The notes under the pieces were generated by a model. It made no database searches. It saw nothing but the letters and a program-made list of their open reading frames with translations, and was not told the origin of the DNA. A stretch of 63,653 nt of DNA, counting the filler. It is 6 parts of 6 records of this genome, joined end to end, with 100 filler letters (N's around TTAATTAATTAA, not from the genome) between each part and the next. Parts side by side here need not be neighbours in the genome. Positions count along the whole stretch, not along the records: positions 47,094 to 57,709 come from SRR31147125_13474; positions 57,810 to 63,653 come from SRR31147125_13499; 4 more parts are not named here. One strand, given 5' to 3'. Of the stretch, positions 53,581 to 63,653 are shown piece after piece. The position numbers and the translations under genes are program-made. Numbering within the stretch: the stretch's first letter is position 1; every line of letters begins with the position of its first letter.

Positions 53581-53967
53581 ATGGTTGTCGTTTATGACAG
53601 TCTGACAGGACAGGCCAAACGGTTTGCTGAAAAACTGAATATGTCATGTATGGATATCAATCATTTTAGCTTAGATGATCATGAAGATGTCTTATTAGTA
53701 ACCAGGACGTTTAATTTTGGAGAAGTACCTGAACCAACAGCAAATTTTTTAAGAGAACATGCTGAAAAAGTAAAAGGGGTTTGTGTTTCAGGCAATAGAA
53801 ACTGGGGTAAGAACTATGGTGCAGCCGGTGATAAAATCGCTGCTTCATATGCAATACCACTCATATTAAAGTTTGAAGCATCAGGTTTTGACCGTGATGT
53901 TCATATAGTAAAACAATGGATAAAAAATCAAGAAAGTAAAGGGGACGAAAGTCATGTCAATGTTTAA
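53581..53967 (+). CDS. nrdI: Class Ib RNR flavodoxin NrdI
   Basis: YDSLTG..KRF, T.TFNFGEVP, SGNRNWG.NYG.AG, KFEASG. Confidence 0.95.
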   Translation: MVVVYDSLTGQAKRFAEKLNMSCMDINHFSLDDHEDVLLVTRTFNFGEVPEPTANFLREHAEKVKGVCVSGNRNWGKNYGAAGDKIAASYAIPLILKFEASGFDRDVHIVKQWIKNQESKGDESHVNV

Positions 53968-55903
53968 AACTACAGAAGAATTAATTAACAAATTTATCGG
54001 TAATGAAGAGGATAAAAGATCGGATTATTTAAAAAGAGAAAATAGTAATTTCGTATATTCATTACCACTACTAAGAAAAAATATCTCTAACAAAGCTGAA
54101 GAAGAATATTTAATGAAGCATATTTTTCCTAGAAAACTTGTTGATTTATATGAAGATGGTGTTGTATACATTCATGACAAACAGCTTAGTTCATATTGCC
54201 AATCAGTAAGCTGTAAGGATATTGCAACAAAAGGTATTCCTTCAATTGCTAAAAATATGTTGGAATCAGGTCCTGCTTCATCTCTACCTACACTTATTCG
54301 TCATTTTAGTAATATCGTTACTTTAATGAGTCAACAAGTATCAGGAGCTGTGATGTTATCACAAATGACAACGATTTTAGCTTCATATTTATATCAAGAA
54401 GAACTAGATCGTCAATTTTATACAGAACATACATTAACAAAATTAATGTATCAATTAATTTATGAATTAAACTTACCACTACGCTCAGGTTCAGAATCAG
54501 CATTTTCTAATTGTACATTAGAATTTGGTAAACCTTCAGAAGAAATTAAAGAAGAGTATGTCATTATTGGTGGTGAAGGGATGAACTATACATATAGTGA
54601 TATTCCAGGAGAATACTTTGACCGTATTAACGTTGCATTTATTAATGCGATGGCAAAAGGGACAAAAAAAGGTATTCCATTAACTTTCCCGCTGATTACT
54701 GTACAAATTGATGATAATTTTAACTATGATAATGATGTGTTTAGACATTTATTGACTAAAATGTATCAATGGGGTGGTGTCTATTTTGAAAACTTTAGAA
54801 CACGACCATTTACAGATCACTATTATACAAATTTAAATCCATATATTAAACCAAAAGATCCAAGTGTTTCACGTAGTTTATGCTGTCGATTAAACATTGA
54901 TTTATCAGTTTTATCAAGAGCTGGAGGCGGTATATTTGGATCATCAGTGGGTAATGTTGGTGCAATACAAGTATTAAATTTAAATATGAATCGTATGCTG
55001 ATTGAATTTGGACATGATCAAAAATTACTTAAGATGAAAATTAGAGAGTATTTAGAAGTCATGGAAGAAGGACATATGGCTAAACGTTCTTGGGTTGAAA
55101 ATCATAAAGAACTCTATCCGACATTCTTTGCATTTAATCATGATTTAAGAAATTATTTCAATGTCTTTGCAGTGACTGGTATGCATGAAGGTTTAGTCAA
55201 TGTTGGTTTTAGTGATGGAATTAATGATAAAGATGGTAAATTATATGCACATGAATTAATGCAATACATCACAGATGTCATTAATGAATTTATTGTTAGA
55301 GATCATGTAGCATGTGGTATTGAATATGCACCTGCAGAAAATGCTGGCATTAAACTTGCAAGAAGTGATGTTAAATGGGCTAAAAAACATGGTAAAGAAA
55401 TATTTGTTCAAGGTAAAGACGATGAAGTGTTCTTAACATCAGGATGTATGTTGCCATTTAGTGAAGAAGATTTCACAAAACAAATTGAAAATGCAGCAGA
55501 GTTCCAAGGTTATGCAACATCAGGATCAATTCTTCATCATTTTATTGAAGATAAAATTGAACCTGAAGTATTGTCTAATTACTTACAAAACTTATTTAAA
55601 AAACCAATTAACTATATAACACTGACACCAACAATTACATCATGTCAATCATGTGGTCAACGTATTGTTGCTAAAGATGCGAAAACTATTGAAACATGTC
55701 CTGTGTGTGGATCAACTGATATTGCGACATTCTCAAGAGTTATAGGTTATGTTCGTATGATTGCAAGACAAAACATATCTGTTGATAAAGAAGGATTCTA
55801 TAGAGGTAAATACAATTTCTGGAGTAAAGCAAGAAGACTTGATTGGGCACAAAGAAGAAGATTCCAAGATGAAGATGCTACAGCAGCACCTACAAAAAAA
55901 TAA
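53954..55903 (+). CDS. nrdD: Class III (anaerobic) ribonucleoside-triphosphate reductase lacking an ATP cone
   Basis: ENSN, YIHD..YC, TFPLIT, SLCCRL, EYAPAE, CQSC..CPVC zinc site, glycyl-radical motif SRVIGY. Confidence 0.93.
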   Translation: MSMFKTTEELINKFIGNEEDKRSDYLKRENSNFVYSLPLLRKNISNKAEEEYLMKHIFPRKLVDLYEDGVVYIHDKQLSSYCQSVSCKDIATKGIPSIAKNMLESGPASSLPTLIRHFSNIVTLMSQQVSGAVMLSQMTTILASYLYQEELDRQFYTEHTLTKLMYQLIYELNLPLRSGSESAFSNCTLEFGKPSEEIKEEYVIIGGEGMNYTYSDIPGEYFDRINVAFINAMAKGTKKGIPLTFPLITVQIDDNFNYDNDVFRHLLTKMYQWGGVYFENFRTRPFTDHYYTNLNPYIKPKDPSVSRSLCCRLNIDLSVLSRAGGGIFGSSVGNVGAIQVLNLNMNRMLIEFGHDQKLLKMKIREYLEVMEEGHMAKRSWVENHKELYPTFFAFNHDLRNYFNVFAVTGMHEGLVNVGFSDGINDKDGKLYAHELMQYITDVINEFIVRDHVACGIEYAPAENAGIKLARSDVKWAKKHGKEIFVQGKDDEVFLTSGCMLPFSEEDFTKQIENAAEFQGYATSGSILHHFIEDKIEPEVLSNYLQNLFKKPINYITLTPTITSCQSCGQRIVAKDAKTIETCPVCGSTDIATFSRVIGYVRMIARQNISVDKEGFYRGKYNFWSKARRLDWAQRRRFQDEDATAAPTKK

Positions 55904-55910
55904 ACGATTC

Positions 55911-55998
55911 TAGGAAGTGCATATCAAATGATATGCACTTCCTATAGAAACTTAATGATAAAATCCTTTAAAGTCAGCTTTAAAGGACTTTATTTTTT
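55911..55998 (+). terminator. Tandem hairpins between nrdD and nrdG
   Basis: Perfect 16-bp IR 55911-55944; 10-bp IR 55964-55987 followed by CTTTATTTTTT. Confidence 0.75.
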
Positions 55999-56020
55999 CA
56001 TCAAGACAAGGGGTATAGAC

Positions 56021-56698
56021 ATGATTCACTATTATAATAAATTAATATTATCACTATCTGAAATTGAGCATCACCCATCGCTTTTAGTTCATGGGTTAAC
56101 GGGATGTATGTTTCATTGCTTTAAATGCTTTAATTATGATGAATTAGTGATAAAAAAACATGAAGATTACTATTTAATCGATGATGTGATTACATATATT
56201 GAAAGACAAGAAGATCTATTTGAATATATTTTGTTTAGTGGTGGAGAGTATATGTTAGCACCACTAGATGACCTTATTTATGATTTAAGCAAAATTAGAA
56301 AAAATACAGATAAGAAAATTATTATTTACACAACGGGGTTTGAACTTAAAAAAATGATCAGATTAACTGAACTAGGTCTTGTTGATGGGTATCATATTGA
56401 CATGAAATTACCTTATCATTTACTTACTGAGGATGACTTTGAACTCATCAAGCTTACTATGGGTATAACAGTCCAAGATTTAAGTATCGTTAATCGCCTT
56501 ATAGAGGCAATAAAGTTTGTTGTAAAAAATGATCAAGGCTATAGTCAAATTCGAAGTGTAAAATATCCTTTTTTAGACCAAAGCGCATTTGATGAGTGCA
56601 AATCATTTATCATGAGCTTAAATGATTTGTATAATAAGAACATACCGTATGAAGCACATACATTTATTGATGCTGATGGGGATAAGGAAGAGGGATGA
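56021..56698 (+). CDS. nrdG: Radical-SAM activase of class III RNR
   Basis: CMFHCFKC (CxxxCxxC), FSGGE, IDMK; real start MIHYY; directly follows nrdD. Confidence 0.85.
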   Translation: MIHYYNKLILSLSEIEHHPSLLVHGLTGCMFHCFKCFNYDELVIKKHEDYYLIDDVITYIERQEDLFEYILFSGGEYMLAPLDDLIYDLSKIRKNTDKKIIIYTTGFELKKMIRLTELGLVDGYHIDMKLPYHLLTEDDFELIKLTMGITVQDLSIVNRLIEAIKFVVKNDQGYSQIRSVKYPFLDQSAFDECKSFIMSLNDLYNKNIPYEAHTFIDADGDKEEG

Positions 56699-56701
56699 TT
56701 T

Positions 56702-57709
56702 ATGGATAGAAATACAATACCAGAGTGGATCGTTTTAAACAATCAAATCGTTGATGAAAATGGGAATATCAAAGATTTAGGTAAAGACAAAGAAGCGGTT
56801 CATTCATATTTTTTAAATGAGATTAATAAAAAAACACAGTTTTTTCATTCATTAGAGGAAAAACTGCATTATTTAATAAAAAATGATTATTATGAAGAAG
56901 TTTTTTTATCAAAATACAGCCAAGAACAAATTGCTGAAATTTATAATTATGCTTATGCGCAAAAATTTAGATTTCCAACATATATGGGTGCATTTAAATT
57001 TTATAATGATTATGCGCTCAAATCGCGTGATAAAAAAGTCTTTTTAGAGCGCTATGAAGATAGACTTGCAGTTAATGCACTTTATCATGCAGATGGTGAT
57101 TTTGAGATGGCAAAACGTTTGATTAAATCACTCATGGCCCAAGATTTCACTCCAGCGACACCAACGTTACTAAATACGGGGAAGAAAAAACGAGGAGAAT
57201 TTGTCTCATGTTTCTTACTTGAAGGTGGCGATTCATTAAATGATATTTCTAGAATTTCTGAATTTTCTATGCAACTATCTAAAATTGGTGGTGGGGTTGC
57301 CATTAACTTAACGAACCTTCGTGCTAAAGGTGAAACGATTAAAGAAATTCCAAATGTTTCTAAAGGTGTTGTAGGGGTTGCAAAACTACTTGATAATAAT
57401 TTTAGATATGCTGATCAAATGGGTCAACGTACAGGCGCTGGAGCTGTTTATTTAAATGTATTCCATGCTGATATTGAGGATTTCTTAAACATTAAAAAAT
57501 TAAATGCAGATGATGATATCCGAGTTAAAACACTATCGATGGGTGTGGTTATGCCTGATAAGATGATTGAACTTGCCAGAGAAAATAAAGATATGTATGT
57601 ATTTTATCCACATACAGTCTTTAAAGAATATGGTAAAAACTTTGCCGATATCGCGATTGATATGGAAAAATGGTATGATGTGTTAGTTGAAAATCCAAGT
57701 GTTAGAAAA
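56702..57709 (+). CDS. nrdE: Class Ib RNR alpha subunit, 3' truncated
   Basis: LNNQI, DKEAV..YF, FHSLEEKL.YL, YMGAFKFY..YALK, PATPT.LN.G, VSCFLL, QMGQR.GAGAVYL. Confidence 0.95.
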
Positions 57710-57809
57710 NNNNNNNNNNNNNNNNNNNNNNNNNNNNNNNNNNNNNNNNNNNNTTAATTAATTAANNNNNNNNNNNNNNNNNNNNNNNNNNNNNNNNNNN
57801 NNNNNNNNN
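57710..57809. other. Artificial contig linker 5
   Basis: Same 100-nt spacer. Confidence 0.99.
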
Positions 57810-57854
57810 GGTGATGATGGTGATGATGATGATGATGATATGCGGGAACCACAG

Positions 57855-59219
57855 GTTACCAGGACACCGGGTGGCTGGCACAAAGGACCTGGAGGAATTC
57901 GTCTTTGTCAGGCGTGCTACAAGTACTACAAGATGAATGGACGAATGCCGACGACGGCGATCGCAACAACAACTACTACTACTATAACTACTACAACAAC
58001 TACTACAACAGCAACAACAACAATGCCGTCGGGTATGGCCATGGACCCCTCTTCCCCTTCCTCTGCTCCCCTCTCCAAGATCACAACTCCACCTTTTATG
58101 GATGTTCCCTCTTCTCCAGAAGAATCGATTGGAGGAGGAGGCAGTGGCGGTGTCACAGGTCGGTTTGGCGAGTGGGTTGGTGCCCCTCTGGGTCGCTTCG
58201 ATGGTTGTGTTTCCTATGGTGCAGTCGTACTAGCGGACACGGGCAGCACGATCAACGTGGGAGACCATGTCCTACTTTACGAGGGGTGTGACACCGGCCT
58301 TCCTTTTGTGGCTCGTGTCGTGGCTCTTTATGAAGCCGAAACGGGTGAAAGGATGCTTCACGGCCAATGGTACTTTCGCCCTGGGGAAACATCCATGGGC
58401 CAAGTGGCCTCAACGGATCCACGCGAGATCTTCTACTCCGAGACATACGACAGCAACCCTATTGCCTGTATCCTTCGACACGCTTACGTTTTGTTCCACG
58501 ATGATGTGATCAACTGGATCGAATTCCGTGCAGCGGATGACCATTTTTTCTACCGGCGCACGTACAATCCCCACACCTCCACCTTTCTCCCTCTTCGTGA
58601 GCGGGCGACACCAAGCAAGACGTCAAAGAACCGATTCCGCCGTTGTTCCGTCATTCCTGTCACACCTCTGCCCATCCTTCCTTCTTCCTCCGCCGCCTTC
58701 TGTTCTTCTTCGGTCGTAGTATCGACACCTCGCCCCGAGACACGTTTTTCAACACCCCCTCCTGTCCTCTCTACCTCAGTTCCCTCCTCCTCCTTCTCCG
58801 CCTCTTCCGCCACGCATCGAACGCCTCGTTGTGTTAGCTCCTTTGACATCGACGCGCTTGTTTGTTTCCCTGACAAGGATTTCACCGTCACCATCCCTGT
58901 GCGGAAACCTGTGCACATCCATACACCCAAGTGGAAACAAGTAAGCAACACGCGGAGCACAGCACGATTGAACAGAGAGCCCGAATCAAGCGAGGAGGAT
59001 ATCACGGATCAGTCCATTGAGGCACGGCATACTCCCTATGAATTGGCCGAGAAGAAACGTGTAGAGACACTTTTGCGTGCTGTGGAACGTGGACAAGGGC
59101 GTGGTCTTCGCAAGCATCGAGACAATAGTGACAAGATCGACGCAGACGTTCCTCCTACCTCCCAGCATCGTCCTAAATCCTCAACACGTGAACAAACGAT
59201 GCTGGCCGCCAAGGGCTGA
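57855..59219 (+). CDS. Eukaryotic chromatin protein exon: partial GATA-type Zn finger, BAH domain, PEHE-like motif
   Basis: TPGGWHKGP..LCQAC; VGDHVLL..FVARV..QWYFRP.ET..REIFYS..DSNP..CI (BAH); TPKW..EDITD....RH..YE..EK.R; acceptor CACAG at 57850-57854. Confidence 0.75.
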   Translation, partial: VTRTPGGWHKGPGGIRLCQACYKYYKMNGRMPTTAIATTTTTTITTTTTTTTATTTMPSGMAMDPSSPSSAPLSKITTPPFMDVPSSPEESIGGGGSGGVTGRFGEWVGAPLGRFDGCVSYGAVVLADTGSTINVGDHVLLYEGCDTGLPFVARVVALYEAETGERMLHGQWYFRPGETSMGQVASTDPREIFYSETYDSNPIACILRHAYVLFHDDVINWIEFRAADDHFFYRRTYNPHTSTFLPLRERATPSKTSKNRFRRCSVIPVTPLPILPSSSAAFCSSSVVVSTPRPETRFSTPPPVLSTSVPSSSFSASSATHRTPRCVSSFDIDALVCFPDKDFTVTIPVRKPVHIHTPKWKQVSNTRSTARLNREPESSEEDITDQSIEARHTPYELAEKKRVETLLRAVERGQGRGLRKHRDNSDKIDADVPPTSQHRPKSSTREQTMLAAKG

Positions 59220-59606
59220 CCTATGTATATGTGTGGGTGTGCGTGTGTGCGGGCGTGTGATGAGGATGGTCATGTACAGTCGTTGTGTTTCCCTGCTTCA
59301 TTCCCCTCTGTTGTGTGGGGTGTCTCTTATGCGTCCATTCTCATGTAATGTAACCTATGAGGCACTAGGGATTTTGCAACACGTCAGGGGAGTCTGCTCG
59401 GCGCGAAACGCACGTGTCGAAGTGGAGAGGGATGGTGTGTGTAGCCCTGGCTAGAGAAGTAGTCGGTGTGATACGTACGTACGACAGAAAGAGGACGATG
59501 CTGTCTTTCTGTTTCCGGGCAAGAGGAGGATGGCGACACAAACGAATGGTTCATCCCGGTCGCTTGGCTTAGAACTGCTTTGTGTGTGGAGGAAGAAGCC
59601 CAAGAG

Positions 59607-61988
59607 ATGGCTACGCTCACTCTGACGTGTCCTCTGCGCCACGAACGGCTGATATTGGTACGTACGGGGTCGACGATCGTTTCCTGTCGCCAATGGATCC
59701 CCACGTGTCTAGCGAGCACGGAAGAGTGATCTGGAGACGCTGAGGAGTCTTCTTACAACACTTTCCTCATCCCCGTCCTCATCGTCTGACATCCCACTTG
59801 TTCCTTTTCGCAAACCGATCCCATTGCTCAAGAAGAGAACGACTTCTCCTCCCCCACACCGTCCCGTGGTGGTGGATCCACCACCACCGTCACCACCACC
59901 ACCTCCTCCTCCTTTCAAGAGAGTGCGATCCGATCCTTTGCCTCAATCGTCTCAATCGTGTGGTGCGGTGGTGGAGACACCTCCTCGGCCCTGTCCTCCT
60001 GCCGTGTTCTACGGTCAAGCCAACACAAATGTCTGGGAGGATCTACTCATGAAAACACGGCTGTATCGTTCTCTCCTGCTTCGAAAGCAACCCCGCCCTC
60101 CGGTATGCGAAATGCAAGGGGAAGTCACACATACACTCACAACACACCTTCCTCCAGACACACATCCCAACCTGGACTTGGTTTCCCCGTCAAGCAATGG
60201 CATTTGACTATTGTGCAACTTCCTGTGATCCGGTGAGTTCCGTGTGTGTAATGCAATCTCTTTCCATGGATGACCTCTTGCAAAAGGAATTGGTCACGTT
60301 TGCCTATGAAGGCGAGACGTTTACAGGAAGACGCTTTCTTGTTGCAAACTATGACGGTGTCACGCATGTGGGGAGCACCTCTTGCCGTCCCACTCACGTA
60401 TTTTCCCTTGATCTAGTGTTCTGGAGATCCTACTGGGCACTTTCTCCCTTGCAGCGTCATCATTATGAGGTTATTCGCGAAGGAACAGCCTGTCATCTCT
60501 ACTTCGACTTGGAATTTCCTCGATCGGCCAATCCCGTTCGCTACCTGGAACCCGATGGGAGAGGGTTGTCCCCCACCCCTAATGCCACCATGTCCTACAG
60601 GATATCGATGGCGATGCTATGGTGGATCGTCTTTTTGTGTGTTTGAACGAACACCTCATGAAAGATTACGCATTGTTACTGGCACGTGAAGACGTGGTTC
60701 TGCTTGACTCGTCAACAGAAACGAAGTTTTCACAACACCTCATCTGTCATGTATCAGGTGCTGTATTTGAAAACAATATTGTGATGGGGTGCGTCTACCC
60801 GTAGCTCCGCTTTCAATTCATCACTATTCACGGGCAGCCACTACGTGAAGAAACTCGTTCACGACAATCAAGATGCATTCTCTGTTTATGATACCAAAGG
60901 TTGGTCAGTAAGTGTGGTGTCCCGCCTCCTTCCAATAGGTACGTTCGTTGTATTGATAGGCAAGACGATATCCTTTGTGGATCTGGGCGTGTACACTCGG
61001 AATCGGATGTTCCGATTGTGCTTCTCCACGAAACTGGGCATGTCGTCTGCGCTTCTTCCTGCACCACAAAATTGCTATCCCTTCAACACGGAGCGCGATC
61101 TCTTCTTGGCCTCGTTGGTGTGCAATACTCAATGTGTGGAGGGACTTCGCCTCCTGACATGGCATGTGGTGCGGATCTTGGTGGTGTGTACGCAACCAGG
61201 GCATTGACCTAACCACGAAACTAGTCTCCGTCTATTCGTACATTGACACGTGCCGAGGCGGAGGCACTCCACCGCGTTCAGCCAGTCGAACGCCATCTCA
61301 TGTCAATCCCGTCCCCCTTTCCACAAGTGGATCAGTTCATTGGGGAGTGTGTTCGCAAACGTGGTGGAGTAGAGGGTGTCATCCGTTCCTCTACCTACAG
61401 CCCCGGTAGCAGCATAGTGGTCTATCAGATTGGGCGAAATCGTTTCTGTGAGAATATTCAACGCCAACACAAGAGCAACCACATCTTAATCGTGGCTGAT
61501 ATCCGACGAGGCGTCTACTACCAGAAGTGTCTCGTTCGTTTCCGTTTGCGCGTGCATTCCCACGGAGAGTAATTCCTGTTTGTACCACCCACCAGGACCC
61601 GGAATGTCGTGCCATTGATTATCGATCACCCGAGCAGCCACTTCCATTGGATCTCTTACCGTACACACGTACGATCCCCGACGGACAACAACAACAACAA
61701 CTACAACAAGAGGAAGAGGAAGAACACGTGTACGAAGACATCATGCGTATGGTTGCTGCATTGGAAGCCTCACGAGCAAATGCCCCGTGGCATGCTGAGA
61801 ATCCTTCCACCCCGGCAACACTACGAACGAACATTTTTTCTGCTCATGAGGAAGATGATCCCTCTGCGGTACGTTTCGTATGTCATACATGATATGGCAG
61901 TGCACCCATGGTTCGAAATCAGGCCATCTTTTCTGAGGTGATGAATCTCCTTGAAGAGATCGAGCAACTTCGAGCCGAGACATCATAA
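59607..61988 (+). CDS. PRIMPOL: PrimPol (AEP primase-polymerase), multi-exon; 5' end uncertain
   Basis: Spliced product gives PPAVFYG, FPRQ, HHYEVI, CHLYFDLE, KFSQHL, FVDLGVYTRNR.FRL, FCENI.R.HKSN, QKCL/DPEC. GT-AG introns 59658-59712, 60103-60157, 60233-60286, 60357-60416, 60536-60600, 60789-60837, 60900-60959, ~61169-61224, 61534-61595, 61869-61922. Confidence 0.9.
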
Positions 61989-62080
61989 CAATCAACCAAT
62001 CAAAGAACCACAGATTTCCTGATACCAAGAACACTGAGAAGGGATTGTGTTCTTCGTCTTCCATCCGCAGCCACACAAAG

Positions 62081-63653
62081 ATGCACGGTGCGGAGAGCAT
62101 CCGGGCCGGTAATGAATCCCAGTCGTACCATCGCAAATTCCCCCTCCTCTCTCTCCCCCTCTTGCTGCGGCATTCCGCGTTGTGCGTGCCCCGATGGGGG
62201 ATGACTCGGAAGAGGTGTTCCTCCAGTGTGTGGTATGTAGGCGCGCGTGCGACCCCGCCACGACACACCACCACCGTTACTAAAGCCCTCCTCCTCTCTT
62301 TCGCCAGTGTGAAGCGAATGGAATTCACGAGGGGGATGTGACCGATGGTGGGGTTGCTTCGTTGTCCCTCCCGACACCCATTTGACTGCTTACCATCATC
62401 ATCATCATCATCACACGGATACAGGCGCCCCACGTGTATCCTCTCTGGAAATGTTTGACTTCAACTTACCACGCACGGTCGTGCTTCGTCGCTTCTCCTA
62501 TCTTCGCGAACTGACGGTCATGCGGCAAGAGGTGTGCACGTACGACACATGTCCACGACCACGACGGTCCGAACGCTCCGTTGCACGCATAAGGTGTCTG
62601 TTATTGAGGGATTAGACAACTGTGGACTCTTAGAAACACTCTGGATGAGTGAGAACTGCATAGAACGCATTGAAGGTCTACAGGGGTGTCCACATCTACG
62701 AAAGCTCTACCTGTACGTCGCAAGTTCCATCGGAATCTATTGAATTCATGTTCACATTTCCATCCTGTACACCAGACACAGCAATCAGATCGCACGCATC
62801 GAGAACCTCGCACATTTGAGTGATCTCGAGGTGCGTGATGGATCATGATGGATGTCTCTCTCATGCGACAGAGGGAAGGTTCTGTGGCTGTGCGATAATC
62901 ATATTCGCGTCGTGGAGGGGCTGGACTCGCTGGTGGCCCTGAAGCAATTGTGGCTGGCCCGTAACGACATCACTACGTTGGGTGATGGATTGTCGGCCTT
63001 AACAGCGCTGGAGGTTCGTCGGTTGCCAATCCTTTCCTTCTGACAAATAGATGAACCACAGGACTTGAACCTGGCAGACAACAACATCGGCTGGCTAAAG
63101 GATGTGATTCGTTTGTCCTCGCTCCCCAGGTTGCGATCGCTCGCATTCTCCGAGCCACACTACGGAGACAGCCCTGTGTGTCGCCTCTACAACTACCAAA
63201 CCTTTGTCTTGTGCCATATGAAGCATCTCACATCGCTCGATTCGTTACGGGTACTTCCCGACGCGCGACGCATGGCTTCTACAACTCTATTGAAAAAGAA
63301 ACTGTGCGTGTGCATTTGTGTGGGCATGTGTGTGTGAAAGAGCGGATTGGCCAGGTTCTACAACATGCAGATGAAGGCATGGCAGCGGACTGTCTGGACG
63401 CAACTGTCACGATGTAGGCTCACAGTCACGGAACGTCTTCGTGGTGTTATGCAGGCGTACCAACCTCTCCAGCGCGGCATGTACGCACAACACCACGCGA
63501 ACAGGCAATCTCACCCAAACTCGATATTTCAGAAGAGAGGAAGAAAAGATATCCACATCTCCCGAAAGTGGAGTCGTGTCGATGGAGGATAAGGTGGGCA
63601 GATGTATTCCACGAATTCAGTTGGACACACACACATACACACACACACACACA
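62081..63653 (+). CDS. LRRC9-like leucine-rich repeat protein, multi-exon, 3' truncated
   Basis: LEMF..PR, SDS22-like LRRs (IEGL), P.YG..PVC.L.NY.T.VL.H, KKKL/FYNM; short GT-AG introns. Confidence 0.8.
63626..63653. repeat. (CA)n microsatellite; also (GAT)n at ~57812-57839 and (CAT)n at ~62395-62412
   Basis: Directly visible simple repeats in the eukaryotic contig. Confidence 0.9.

Noticed and set aside
56696-56704. TGA-as-Trp read-through fusing nrdG to nrdE (TGA TTT ATG in frame)
   Set aside because: Long ORFs in this contig are open under code 11 and use TGG for Trp, and nrdE has its own purine-rich SD.
14738-57809. Recurrent TTAATTAATTAA palindrome as a biological repeat
   Set aside because: It is always centred in an exact 100-nt N spacer, so it is an artificial six-frame-stop linker.
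61160-61224. Non-canonical GC-AG intron in PrimPol
   Set aside because: A phase-0 GT donor (61166 or 61169) restores the frame, whereas the GC option hits a stop.
1-63653. CRISPR array, tRNA or rRNA genes
   Set aside because: No regularly spaced repeat-spacer units or recognisable RNA gene signatures were seen.

Overview
The window is not one locus. It is six unrelated contigs joined by 100-nt artificial linkers (N44-TTAATTAATTAA-N44), typical of a concatenated metagenome, and it has many single-base indels in homopolymer runs that look like sequencing errors. (1) 1-14737: GC-rich bacterial DNA, probably Desulfobacterota (inference). It carries plsY, a ThiF-family gene, an RpfF-like DSF synthase with an unusual Arg-rich tail next to a membrane PAS-GGDEF-EAL protein, galM and an AsmA-family gene. 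(2) 14838-21626: a defence-island operon, WYL regulator - DUF4007 (SspB-like) - large ATPase (SspC-like) - PAPS-reductase (SspD-like) - GHKL/MORC-type ATPase (truncated). This looks like a phosphorothioation-like module with a non-canonical partner. (3) 21727-27854: Bacteroidota-like DNA with a HipA end, a gspE/pilB gene broken by IS200 and fused in frame to a truncated IS4, and a heparinase II/III-type lyase. (4) 27955-46993: an AT-rich flagellar and chemotaxis cluster (fliR-flhBAFG-fliA-cheY-cheX-cheA-cheW-parA-cheW-cheR-mcp-yfiR-like-mcp). (5) 47094-57709: AT-rich Mollicutes/Bacilli-like DNA (genetic code 11) with pstSCAB-phoU-phoP-phoR, then a hybrid class Ib/class III ribonucleotide reductase operon (nrdI-nrdD-nrdG-nrdE) behind a structured, terminator-containing leader that is an orphan riboswitch/attenuator candidate. 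(6) 57810-63653: an intron-rich microbial eukaryote with a GATA-BAH-PEHE-like chromatin protein, PrimPol and an LRRC9-like gene. No rRNA, tRNA or CRISPR array was seen. All family calls come from motif recognition, not database searches.
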